A stretch of 64,000 bases of DNA, taken from positions 508,457-572,456 of the forward strand of contig CAVVST010000005.1 of NCBI GenBank assembly GCA_963750995.1, given 5' to 3'. The translations under genes were made by a program, and so were the position numbers. The first letter of the stretch is position 1; every line of letters starts with the position of its first letter. The stretch is from an uncultured Acidobacteriota bacterium (GTDB lineage: Bacteria > Acidobacteriota > Vicinamibacteria > Vicinamibacterales > UBA2999). Below are positions 50,470 to 59,307 of this stretch, piece by piece. The notes under the pieces were generated by a model that had not been told where the DNA came from, ran no database searches, and worked only from the letters and a program-made list of their open reading frames with translations.

Positions 50470-51408
50470 TCAGACTGACAGCCGGGTAAACAGACGCTCC
50501 GCGCGGCGGCGGTCCGCCTCGATCTGCGCCTTCAACGCATCGACGTCGTCGAACCGGCGCTCATCCCGCAGGCGCTGGACGAAGCCGAGCTGCACGTCCT
50601 TGCCGTACAGGTCGCCGTCGAACTCGAGCACGTAGGTCTCGATTGTTGCCGCGCCGTCATCACCGAAAGTCGGATTCACGCCGATGTTGGTGATCGCCGC
50701 GCGGACGATGCCGTCGATCGTCAGGGTTGTCGCATACACACCGTGCGGCGGAATCAGCTCGTTGGCGGTCATCAGATTGGCGGTCGGAAATCCCAGCTCG
50801 CGCCCGCGGTGCCGTCCCTCGACGACCCTGCCTTCCAGCGAGTACGGATGGCCGAGCAGCGCCGCGGCTTCGTCCATGCGTCCCTCGGCGACGAGACGAC
50901 GGATGCGGGTGCTGCTGACGACGAATTCCTTGTAGCGGACCGGATCGATCTTCTCCGCGCGGAAGCCGTAGCGCTGCCCGAGCGTCCGCAAAAGGCTGAA
51001 ATTTCCGCTGCGCTCGTGGCCGAAGAGAAAATTGGCGCCGACCCATACTTCCGATACGCGCAGCCATTCGACCAGGACCGTGCGCACGAAGGTCTCGGGA
51101 TCCCACTGCGACAGCTCTCTCGTGAAGCGGACGACGGCGACGCAGTGGATGCCCGCCTTGTCGAGCGCGGCGATCCGCTGATCCTTCGTCATCAGGAGCG
51201 GCGGCGCCTTGTCGGGACGAACGACCTGCGGCGGATGCGGATCGAACGTCATCGCCATGGCGATGCCGCCGTGCTCGACGGCGCCGCGCTTCACGCGTTC
51301 GACGATCTTGAGATGTCCGCGGTGCAGGCCGTCGAAGTTGCCGAGCGCGAGCACGGGATGCACGAGCCACGGCGGCCGCGGATCGTCAGGAAAATGCAGG
51401 ACCTCCAT
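50470..51408 (-). CDS. ribF: bifunctional riboflavin kinase / FMN adenylyltransferase
   Basis: ..VLALGNFDGLHRGHLKIV.., ..GHPYSLEGRVVEGRHRGRELGFPTANL..GVYATT..NIGVNPTF..ETYVLEFDGDLYG. Confidence 0.92.
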   Translation of the reverse strand: MEVLHFPDDPRPPWLVHPVLALGNFDGLHRGHLKIVERVKRGAVEHGGIAMAMTFDPHPPQVVRPDKAPPLLMTKDQRIAALDKAGIHCVAVVRFTRELSQWDPETFVRTVLVEWLRVSEVWVGANFLFGHERSGNFSLLRTLGQRYGFRAEKIDPVRYKEFVVSSTRIRRLVAEGRMDEAAALLGHPYSLEGRVVEGRHRGRELGFPTANLMTANELIPPHGVYATTLTIDGIVRAAITNIGVNPTFGDDGAATIETYVLEFDGDLYGKDVQLGFVQRLRDERRFDDVDALKAQIEADRRRAERLFTRLSV

Positions 51409-51413
51409 GCGGG

Positions 51414-52148
51414 CTACGACGCGTCGACGCGGGCGTCGAGCGAAAGGCCATCATATGCCAGTTCAACACCCGGGGGCAGGCGCGCGTTGGTCTCGGCGTG
51501 ACCCAGGTCGTGCGACATGTGGGTGAGGTAGGCGCGCGCCGGCGCAATCCGGGCAATCGCCTCGACCGCCTCGGCCACCGTGAAGTGGGTCGAGTGCTTC
51601 TTGTCCCGAAGCGCGTCGATGACGAGCGTCTCCACGCCGGCGACGAGCGCAAACGAGTCCTCGGGGATCGCACTGCAGTCCGTCAGATACGCAAAGTCGC
51701 CGAACCGGAATCCGAGGATCGGCATCCGTCCGTGAAACAGCGGCACCGGCACCACGTGCATGCCGGCGACGTCGAACGGCCCGTCGATCCCGTGCGCGTC
51801 GATCTTCGGGATGCCGCCTCCCTGCCGCTTGACTCCGTCGAACACGTAGTAGAACGTCCGGCGAATGCTCTCCCACACCTCGTCGGTCGCATAACAGGGG
51901 ATCGCAGCGCCCTGCATGAAGTTGAAGCGCCTGATTTCATCGAGCCCGAGAGTGTGGTCCGCGTGATTGTGCGTGAACAGCACCGCGTCGAGCCGCGTCA
52001 TTCCGTGCGTGAGCGCCTGCTGCCGTAAATCTGGCGTCGTGTCCACGAGCACGCTCGCGCCGCCCGCGGTCTCCACGAGGATCGACGGGCGCAAGCGTTT
52101 GTCCCGAGGGTCGTCGGATCGGCAGACCGCGCACCTGCAGCCAATCAT
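51414..52148 (-). CDS. MBL-fold metallo-hydrolase (PhnP-like)
   Basis: MIGCRCAVCRSDDPRDKRLRPSILVE..LFTHNHADHTLGLDEIR.. Intact 244 aa. Confidence 0.85.
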   Translation of the reverse strand: MIGCRCAVCRSDDPRDKRLRPSILVETAGGASVLVDTTPDLRQQALTHGMTRLDAVLFTHNHADHTLGLDEIRRFNFMQGAAIPCYATDEVWESIRRTFYYVFDGVKRQGGGIPKIDAHGIDGPFDVAGMHVVPVPLFHGRMPILGFRFGDFAYLTDCSAIPEDSFALVAGVETLVIDALRDKKHSTHFTVAEAVEAIARIAPARAYLTHMSHDLGHAETNARLPPGVELAYDGLSLDARVDAS

Positions 52149-52204
52149 GGGGATGCCGGCCGAGGTGCCTGACCCCAGGAATGTGACCCGTGCAGGGAGC
52201 CTGG

Positions 52205-52543
52205 TCAGGGCAGGATGATGCGCGACTTCGGCTCCGCCGCCGCCGCGCCAGCGCCGTTCTGGATCTCGACGAAGCGCATGCGCAACTCGAACAGCACCTG
52301 CTCGAGCAACTGGCGTTCCTCGGCGGTGAGGTTGCCGCGCGTCTTCTCTTCCAGCAGCGAGAGGATGTCGATCATCTGCTGCGCCGCCGGCAGGTTCGAC
52401 TGCGATGTCTGTCCGCTGACCGGATCGGGCACGTCACCGAAATGGACGGCCGCGGTATGGGCAAGCGACAACACGAACGCGACGAAATTGATGGTCGACG
52501 CTTCGCGATCCTGGGTGGTGTGTTCGTCGGCTGCGTCACTCAT
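52205..52543 (-). CDS. DUF1844 domain protein
   Basis: MSDAADEH..INFVAFVLSLAHTAAVHFGDVPDPVSG..AAQQMIDILSLLEEKTRGNLTAEERQLLEQVLFELRMRFV. Confidence 0.75.
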   Translation of the reverse strand: MSDAADEHTTQDREASTINFVAFVLSLAHTAAVHFGDVPDPVSGQTSQSNLPAAQQMIDILSLLEEKTRGNLTAEERQLLEQVLFELRMRFVEIQNGAGAAAAEPKSRIILP

Positions 52544-52582
52544 AGGGCAAAACCGGATGGTAGCATACGCCGCGGAGACGCC

Positions 52583-53524
52583 ATGGCAGAGACAGCGGGC
52601 ACCCACTTCGACCGGTTGATTGCGATCATGCGCGCGTTACGCGCGCCGAACGGATGCCCATGGGACCGCGAGCAGACGCTGGCATCGCTTCGCCCGTTCG
52701 TCCTCGAAGAAACGTACGAAGTGCTGGAAGCGATTGAAAGCGGCTCCGCTGATGCCCTTCGCGAAGAACTGGGCGATTACCTGTACGAAGCGGTCTTTCT
52801 CGCCCAGATCAGCGAGGAGACCGGCGGGTTCTCGATCGCGGACGCCATCGACGCCATCTGCGACAAGCTCGTCCGCCGGCATCCGCACGTGTTCGCCCGC
52901 GGGAACGGCGACGAGGCCATCACCACGACCCAGGTGATCGAGCGCTGGGAGACGATGAAAGCGCGCGAGCGGGCGGACGCGGGCACAGAAGTGACTCGCT
53001 CGAAGACGACGCTCAGCGGCGTGCCGAGAACTCTTCCGTCGCTGCTGCGCGCCTACGAGGTCAGCGCCCGCGCGGCGGCGGTCGGGTTCGACTGGGCCCG
53101 CTCCGCCGATGTGCTGGACAAGATCGAGGAAGAGGTCGCGGAGGTCCGCCGTGAGGTCGAATCGGGTGCGACCGGCGACCTGTCGCGCGCCGAGGAGGAA
53201 ATGGGCGACCTGCTGTTTGCCATCGCCAACCTCTCGCGCAAGCTCGGCATCGAGCCCGAAGCGGCGCTCCGCCGCGCCAACGAGAAGTTCACGCAGCGCT
53301 TCGACGCCGTGGAACACGCCTTCGCCGCACGCGGTCAATCGCTCCAGGACGCGACGCTGGAGCAGATGGAAGCGGAATGGCAGCGCGTGAAAGCAGGTCT
53401 TAACCACGACGAACACGACGGCACGAATTCTTGCTCTCGTCGTGTCGTCGGCCTTCGTCAGCAAATTCTGGCTAAAGCACGACTCTCGTCAATCCACTAC
53501 GAAGTACCGGAACACGGAAATTAA
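52583..53524 (+). CDS. mazG: nucleoside triphosphate pyrophosphohydrolase MazG
   Basis: MAETAGTHFDRLIAIMRALRAPNGCPWDREQTLASLRPFVLEETYEVLEAIE..LREELGDYLYEAVFLAQI..LVRRHPHVF.., with a second MazG repeat ..EEVAEVRREV..EEMGDLLFAIANLSRKLGIEPE. The 3' tail runs into a hairpin repeat and overlaps the convergent gene. Confidence 0.88.
   Translation: MAETAGTHFDRLIAIMRALRAPNGCPWDREQTLASLRPFVLEETYEVLEAIESGSADALREELGDYLYEAVFLAQISEETGGFSIADAIDAICDKLVRRHPHVFARGNGDEAITTTQVIERWETMKARERADAGTEVTRSKTTLSGVPRTLPSLLRAYEVSARAAAVGFDWARSADVLDKIEEEVAEVRREVESGATGDLSRAEEEMGDLLFAIANLSRKLGIEPEAALRRANEKFTQRFDAVEHAFAARGQSLQDATLEQMEAEWQRVKAGLNHDEHDGTNSCSRRVVGLRQQILAKARLSSIHYEVPEHGN
53404..53460. repeat. CACGA/TCGTG hairpin repeat (family also at 53887, 60148, 63515)
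   Basis: CCACGACGAACACGACGGCACGAA ttcttgc TCTCGTCGTGTCGTCGGCCTTCGTC: imperfect inverted arms made of CACGA / TCGTG units. Confidence 0.6.
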
Positions 53525-53918
53525 TCAGAAGCCCGCCGCGTAATCCCGTCGTTCGCAAATAGGAGATCAGTTGCGCGCGATGCACATCATCAAATCTGAC
53601 GACTGCTTTCAGTTCTACGACAATCAGGTTCTCGACAATAAGATCCACGCGCTGGCCAGGGATCTGGATCTCACGATACTTGACGCTTACAGGTTGCTCA
53701 GACTGGAACGAGATGCCGACACGATTCATCTCGAAATGCATCGCTTTGCGATATATCGACTCAAGGAAACCTGGCCCGAGCTCGCGATGCACTCGAAATG
53801 CGCATTCGATTGTTCCCGACATTGCGCGCTCAGCCTCCGGAGTAAGCGGCGTCGGTAGCCGCAAGTGATACGGCCGTTGAGAGCGTGATTCGTGATCGTC
53901 GTGTCCGTCGTGGTTCAC
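53472..53918 (-). CDS. GxxExxY protein (PD-(D/E)XK-like)
   Basis: ..IECAFRVHRELGPGFLESIYRKAMHFEMNRVGISFQSEQPVSVKYREIQIPGQRVDLIVENLIVVELKAV..LISYLRTTGLRGGLLINF. It is A/T-richer than its neighbours. The N-terminus MNHDGHDDHE is encoded by a TCGTG-unit repeat. Confidence 0.85.
   Translation of the reverse strand: MNHDGHDDHESRSQRPYHLRLPTPLTPEAERAMSGTIECAFRVHRELGPGFLESIYRKAMHFEMNRVGISFQSEQPVSVKYREIQIPGQRVDLIVENLIVVELKAVVRFDDVHRAQLISYLRTTGLRGGLLINFRVPVLRSGLTRVVL
53887..53915. repeat. TCGTG-unit repeat arm at the 5' end of the GxxExxY gene
   Basis: GATTCGTGATCGTCGTGTCCGTCGTGGTT. Confidence 0.5.
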
Positions 53919-56322
53919 TTCTTTTCCTCATCAAAGGTACGCACGGCTACACGGGTGCCGTCGCTGTCGATCGTGATCTGGCCGTCGAGATCAGTGCGGT
54001 AGATCCGTGCGCCGATGGATTCGAGGCGCCCCAGGACTTCGGGGGCGGGGTGACCGAAGGTATTACCGCGGCCGCAGCTGATGACGGCGATGTCAGGGCG
54101 CCAGTGGTCGAGCAGCTCCTGCGATGTGGATGTGCGGCTCCCGTGGTGGCCCACCTTCAAAATGCGGTGCCGGGCCGGAGTGAGCTGGGGATAGATGGTG
54201 CGCTCCACGTCGGCACCGACGTCGCCAAGGAGGAGAACGGCGACGTCGCCGTAGACGATTTCAAGCACGATCGAATCGTCGTTGCGGACACGCGGGCGCT
54301 CCCAGTCGGGCACGGGCGGATGCAGCACCCGCAGGTGCGCGGCGCCGGCCTGCCACATGTCGCCCGTCTGCCGCCGCATCACCTGGATACCGGACGCTCG
54401 CGCGTGGAACAGGACATCCTGCAGCGGGCGATGGCGGATGACAGGGACACCTTCCCAGATCCGTGCCGGCGCAAAGTCATCGAGGATCGCCGGGGCGCCG
54501 CCGATGTGATCAGGATCGCCGTGGGTGATGACCAGCGTATCCAGCCGCCGGATCCCGCGCGCCCACAGGGCGGGCGCGAGCACGCGGTCGCCGATGTCGA
54601 ACGTGCTGCCGCCGAACGGCGTGCCACCGGCGTCTACCAGCACACGAGAGGAATCAGGCAATTCGACCAGCGTCGCGTCACCCTGGCCGACGTCGAACAT
54701 CGTGAGCCGGAGCCGGTTCGGCGTCGAAACATCGCTCAGCCACCCTGCCGGCTGCCCGCTCACGATCGCCAGCGTCGAGCCGACAAGGAGCGTCATACCG
54801 CACCAGCGGCGGACGCCGCGTGCGAACAGCGCGAACGCGAGGCCTGCGTAGTAGGCGGCGATAACCAGCAGCGGCGGCGGTGGCACTCGCGCCGTCAGCC
54901 AGGGCGCCACGTCGACGAGCCGTGCGCTGCCGACCAGGGACGCCGACGCAACATACGCCAGCCAGCCGGCCGGACGTGCGACGGCTTCGACATCAGCCAG
55001 GCACGACACGAGGGTGCCTCCAACTTGAACCAGCGCCATCAGCGGCACCGCCGCCAGGTTCAGCAGGAGCCCGGCGATCGTGACTCGCGAAAACGTCCAC
55101 GCGCTGATCGGCAGCAGCGCGATCTCCACTGCAAGCGATGCCGCCAGCGACGCCAGGAGCCATCCAGCTGCCCTGCGCAGGGCAAGGCCTTCGACCCGCC
55201 CGGGGCAGGCGCCGGCGACACGCGCCGCGCGCCTTCGAGCAGCGCCGCGGTCGCGCCGAATGTCAGGAGGAACCCCGCGTCGCGCACGTCGAGCGGCCGG
55301 ACGCAGATCACCAACGCCGCGGCCACGGCAAGGGCGTGCCATGGCGGACTCCGGTGATCGATCAGCCGCGCACCGAGATAGAGCATCGCCATCAGCGTCG
55401 CGCGCCACACCGATGCCCCCGCGCTCACGACCTGCGCGTACGCGGCCAGCAGGAGCAGCGTGATCAACGCCGCGGGCCGGCCGCTGATTCCTCCCACGAT
55501 CAGCAGTCCATAGATGATGCCGGCCAGGATGGCGATGTTGCCGCCGGAAATGGCGATGACGTGATACGTCCCCGCGGCCTGGAGCCGCAGGCGGGTCTCG
55601 TCCGGCAACCCGGTGCGATCGCCGATCAGGACCGCGGTGACGATCGCGGCGGCGATGGGGTCGTATGGCGCCACCCATTGGCGCACGCTGCGGCGGACGT
55701 GAGCGCGGATGGCTGCCGCGGTCTCCTGCACGGCGCTCCCACGCTCGCGAACATCAACCAGCCAGGCACTCTTGATTGATCCGAAAAAGGCAGTGCCAGT
55801 CAGCGCAAGATCGCGTTCGAAGTCGGGAACGCCCTCATCCAGGTAACGCGCGGGACGGCGAAACGTGGCGAACGTTTCGATGATGCGGCCGGCGCGCCAC
55901 TCACCAGCCTGATCCGCCGCGACCGACCCGCCGACGGTGATTGCCGCGCCGGCGCCTGCGGGGCTCCATTCGCGGCCCGCGCGTACCGCGATTACGGTTG
56001 CATGCAGTGTCGTGAAGCCGTCCTGCGGCGACGCGTCCTCGAGCAGGCGCAGCCGTACACCAACCGGGGCCGGCTGGGGACTGAAGGATGGGTGGATGGC
56101 GCGATATTTCGCATCCGCGGCCAGGGCCGCCGCGGCGCAGAAAAACGCGACTGCCATCGCCGCGATCGCCGATCGATCCCGCCCGCAGCACCACGCGGCC
56201 CACGCCGCGCCGGCTGCGATGAACAGCGCAGGCAACGCGAACGAGATGCCGATGTGGAACTGCAACGCGCTCGTCGCCCCGAGGACGAGCGCGACGGCGG
56301 GAATCGCTCCGATCAGTCGCAC
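53915..56322 (-). pseudogene. comEC: DNA internalisation competence protein ComEC/Rec2 (DUF4131 + competence + MBL domains) with a single frameshift near 55198-55208
   Basis: ORF 55060..56322 carries the N-terminal and membrane part up to ..LTFGATAALLEGARRV. ORF 53915..55678 resumes at ..GWLLASLAASLAVEIALLPISAW.. and ends with the MBL domain LTMFDVGQGDATLVELPD..VITHGDPDHIGG. The switch lies in GACCCGCCCGGGGCAGG. Confidence 0.8.
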
Positions 56323-56564
56323 CTGGTGCGCCCTGCAAGGGTATGGGCAGTGCTGCGTGCGTCCGGTTCAACAACTTATGGGTGTTGATCGCAGAAACTG
56401 CGAAGCGTTGGTGACAAAGTGGTGGCAGAATTTTCTGTCCCACGCAGCCCCGGAATTGCATGCGAGGTGACCATCAAGACCGTCAGATGACTAAGCTGTC
56501 TTGACCTGTCCTACAACGATTGGCGAATCGTCCGCCGATAGGTAACCTCATGGGCATCAAATAG

Positions 56565-57725
56565 ATGCGGGTGAGGCTGATCCACCTTGAAGACGATGAA
56601 GGTGATCGCGAACTTGTTGCGCGGACGCTGCGCGGTGAGGGGATCGACTGCGCCGTCATCGAGGCTGAGTGCCGCGCCGAGTTCGAGCGCGCCCTCGAGA
56701 CTCGGCCCGACCTGATCCTCTCCGACGATTCAATCCCCGGGTTCGGCGGCGACGAGGCCCAGAGCCTCGCGCAGCTGTGCTGCCCAGACGTGCCGTTCGT
56801 GTTCGTGTCGGGCTCGATTGAAGCAGAGCGAGCCGTCGAACGCCTGAAGAGCGGGGCGACCGACTACGTCCTCAAGGATCGGCTCGACAAGCTCGGCACC
56901 GCCGTCACCCGCGCGTTGCGCGAGGCGGAGGAGCGCCGCCGCCTGGCCTCGGCAGAAGCCGCGCTTCGGCACCTCAACGCGCAGCTCGAAGCGCGCGTCA
57001 TCGAGCGCACCCGCGACCTCGTGTCCGCGAACGAGGACCTGAAACGGGCCCGCCACGAGGCCGATCGCGCCAACCTCGCCAAGAACGAATTCCTGTCGCG
57101 CATGAGCCACGACCTGCGTACTCCCCTGAACGCGATCATGGGGTTCGCGCAGCTCCTCGACCTCGACGGACTCGCTCCCGATCAGGTGGACAGCGTCCAT
57201 CACATCCTGCGCGGTGGCGAGCACTTGCTCAGCTTGATCAACGAAGAGCTCGACATGGCCCGCATCGAGTCCGGCTCCAACCGTGATGGCGCCCACGAAC
57301 TGGCTCCGCCACCAACCGCGAGTGCGGAAGCGGATTACACCGGTTCGGTGCTGTACATCGAGGACAGCGCTTCGAACGTCGTGCTGATGGAGCGACTGCT
57401 GGCGCGGCGGCCCGGCGTGCGCCTCAAGCACGCGCAGGACGGCCGTGGCGGACTGGAGATGCTGAAAGCCGCGAGGCCGAGCCTCATCATCCTCGACCTT
57501 CATCTCTCGGACATGCCTGGCGAGGAAGTGCTGCAGCGTATCTGGTCGGACCCGTCCACCCGCGACGTCCCTGTCGCCGTGCTCAGCGCCGAGGCCGGCA
57601 GTGGTTCGCAGCGCCGCCTGCGGGCGTCGGGCGCTATCGCCTACCTGACGAAACCGTTCGACATCGCCGAAGTCCTTCGTCTGATAGACGAGGTCGTCGG
57701 CGGCGCCCAGGCGAACGAGTCGTGA
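56565..57725 (+). CDS. REC - HisKA(DHp) - REC protein lacking a HATPase_c domain
   Basis: REC1 ..DLILSDDSIPGFGG..DYVLKD.., coiled coil, H-box FLSRMSHDLRTPLNAIMGFAQLL..LINEELDMARIESG. Only ~25 aa later comes REC2: VLYIEDSASNVVLMERLL..LIILDLHLSDMPGEEVL..YLTKPFDI. Confidence 0.85.
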   Translation: MRVRLIHLEDDEGDRELVARTLRGEGIDCAVIEAECRAEFERALETRPDLILSDDSIPGFGGDEAQSLAQLCCPDVPFVFVSGSIEAERAVERLKSGATDYVLKDRLDKLGTAVTRALREAEERRRLASAEAALRHLNAQLEARVIERTRDLVSANEDLKRARHEADRANLAKNEFLSRMSHDLRTPLNAIMGFAQLLDLDGLAPDQVDSVHHILRGGEHLLSLINEELDMARIESGSNRDGAHELAPPPTASAEADYTGSVLYIEDSASNVVLMERLLARRPGVRLKHAQDGRGGLEMLKAARPSLIILDLHLSDMPGEEVLQRIWSDPSTRDVPVAVLSAEAGSGSQRRLRASGAIAYLTKPFDIAEVLRLIDEVVGGAQANES

Positions 57726-57925
57726 CGGGCCGGGGCGAGACCGGTCAAGACTCGCCGGAGCTCCATCAGCTCAAGAACCACCTGTCGATCATCGTCGGGT
57801 TCTGCGACCTGCTGCTCGGCGACATGACGCAGGCCGACCCGAAGCGGGCGGACATCCAGGAAATGCGCAAGGCCGGCCAGGCTGCGCTGGACATGCTGCC
57901 GCAGATCGCCACGCGGATGCGCTGA
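57722..57925 (+). CDS. stand-alone DHp-like (HisKA-variant) small protein, 67 aa
   Basis: The GTG overlaps the upstream stop (GTGA). ELHQLKNHLSIIVGFCDLLLGDM..DIQEMRKAGQAALDMLPQI resembles helix 1 and helix 2 of the HDFNNLL-type dimerisation/phosphotransfer domain. Confidence 0.5.
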   Translation: MTGRGETGQDSPELHQLKNHLSIIVGFCDLLLGDMTQADPKRADIQEMRKAGQAALDMLPQIATRMR

Positions 57926-57927
57926 CC

Positions 57928-59307
57928 GTGAACCGCGATCCCTCCCCTCAGTTGCTGGTCGTGGACGACGAACCGGGCATGCTCTCGCTGGTGCAGCGGT
58001 TTGCAGAAGGCGAGGGCTTCAACGTGGTCATTCGTCCGGGGGGACGCGCGCTGCTGAGCGAGCTGTCCAAACTCAACCCGGATGCGGCGCTGCTGGATCG
58101 CAACATGCCGGAACTCGGCGGGCTCGAGCTGTTGAAGGTGATCCGCGAGAGCGACCCCGATTGCCAGGTGATCCTGATGACCGCCGAAGCGACGGTAGAG
58201 TCCGCGATCGAGGCGGTGAAGCTGGGAGCCCTCGACTACCTGAGCAAACCGATCGATTTCGACCGGCTGCGCGAGCTGCTCGGCGGCGTCCGCTACGGCA
58301 TCGCCCGTCGCCAGCGGTTGCTGGCGGCCGACACGGAAATTGCCAATCGTTTCGAATTCTGCGGCATGGTGGGGCGCAGCCCGGTGATGCAGGAGCTCTT
58401 CGACCTGGTGCGTCGCCTCTCGCCCCACGCGCGGACGGCGCTGATCACCGGCGAGACCGGCACCGGCAAGGAACTGGTGGCGCGCGCGCTGCACAAGCTC
58501 GGACCGCGCAAGGATCGAAAGCTCATCGCGTTCAACTGCTCAACCCTGGTCGAGACGCTGGCCGAAAGCGAGCTGTTCGGACACGTGCGCGGCGCCTTCA
58601 CCGGCGCGGTCGAGGCCAAGGCGGGAATGTTCGAACAATCGGACGGCGCCACGCTGTTTCTCGACGAGATCGGCGAGCTGCCGATGGCCACGCAGGCCAA
58701 GCTGCTCCGGGTGATCGAGTACGGCGAAGTGCAGCGCGTCGGCGGGAGCGACAGCCGCAAGGTGGACGTGCGCGTCATCGCCGCCACGAACCGCCGGCTC
58801 CCCGAGGAGGTGGCGGCGGGCCGCTTCCGGCAGGACCTGTACTACCGCCTGAACGTCGTCGAGATCCCGCTGGCGCCGCTGCGCGAACGCCGCGACGACA
58901 TCACCTACCTGACCGCGGCGTTCATCCAGGAATTCGCGGCGCGGTTCCAGAAGCGGGTGGGCGGCGTCAGCCCTGGCGCCGAACGGCTGCTCAACAACGC
59001 GCCATGGACCGGCAACATCCGCGAGCTGCGCAACGTCATCGAACGGGCGTGCATGCTGACCGACGGACGCATCCTCAGCGAGCGCGAGGTACTGGCGGCG
59101 CTTGGCGGCACACGGCCCGCCGCGGCGCCGGCAACGACGAGTGAAGCGGCAGCGCCCGAGCCGGACGAAGTCATGCCCGAACTGGATCGCAATTCCATCG
59201 AACAGGCGCTGCAGCAGCTTGGCGGCAACCGTTCGGCGGCGGCGCGCAAGCTCGGCATCAGCCGGCGGGCGCTGTATCGTCGTCTCGACACGTTCGGTCT
59301 GCGCTAG
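57928..59307 (+). CDS. sigma-54-dependent (NtrC-family) response regulator: REC + AAA+ + Fis HTH
   Basis: ..LLVVDDEPGMLSLV..ALLDRNMPELGG..YLSKPID.., Walker A GETGTGKELVARALH, ..GAFTGA.., ..LFLDEIGELP.., ..RVIAATNR..FRQDLYYRLNV.., C-terminal ..GGNRSAAARKLGISRRALYRRL. Confidence 0.92.
   Translation: MNRDPSPQLLVVDDEPGMLSLVQRFAEGEGFNVVIRPGGRALLSELSKLNPDAALLDRNMPELGGLELLKVIRESDPDCQVILMTAEATVESAIEAVKLGALDYLSKPIDFDRLRELLGGVRYGIARRQRLLAADTEIANRFEFCGMVGRSPVMQELFDLVRRLSPHARTALITGETGTGKELVARALHKLGPRKDRKLIAFNCSTLVETLAESELFGHVRGAFTGAVEAKAGMFEQSDGATLFLDEIGELPMATQAKLLRVIEYGEVQRVGGSDSRKVDVRVIAATNRRLPEEVAAGRFRQDLYYRLNVVEIPLAPLRERRDDITYLTAAFIQEFAARFQKRVGGVSPGAERLLNNAPWTGNIRELRNVIERACMLTDGRILSEREVLAALGGTRPAAAPATTSEAAAPEPDEVMPELDRNSIEQALQQLGGNRSAAARKLGISRRALYRRLDTFGLR

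Noticed and set aside
46205-51501. Long plus-strand ORFs (46205..47155, 48199..49563, 49602..50489, 50743..51501) opposite galT, the aminotransferase, cysS and ribF
   Set aside because: All are antisense shadows of genes with unmistakable family motifs. Their translations are Arg/Ala/Pro-rich with no recognisable domains.
53885-55357. 490-aa plus-strand ORF
   Set aside because: Antisense to comEC. Its composition (runs of R, D, A, G) is not protein-like, whereas the minus strand carries the competence and MBL motifs.
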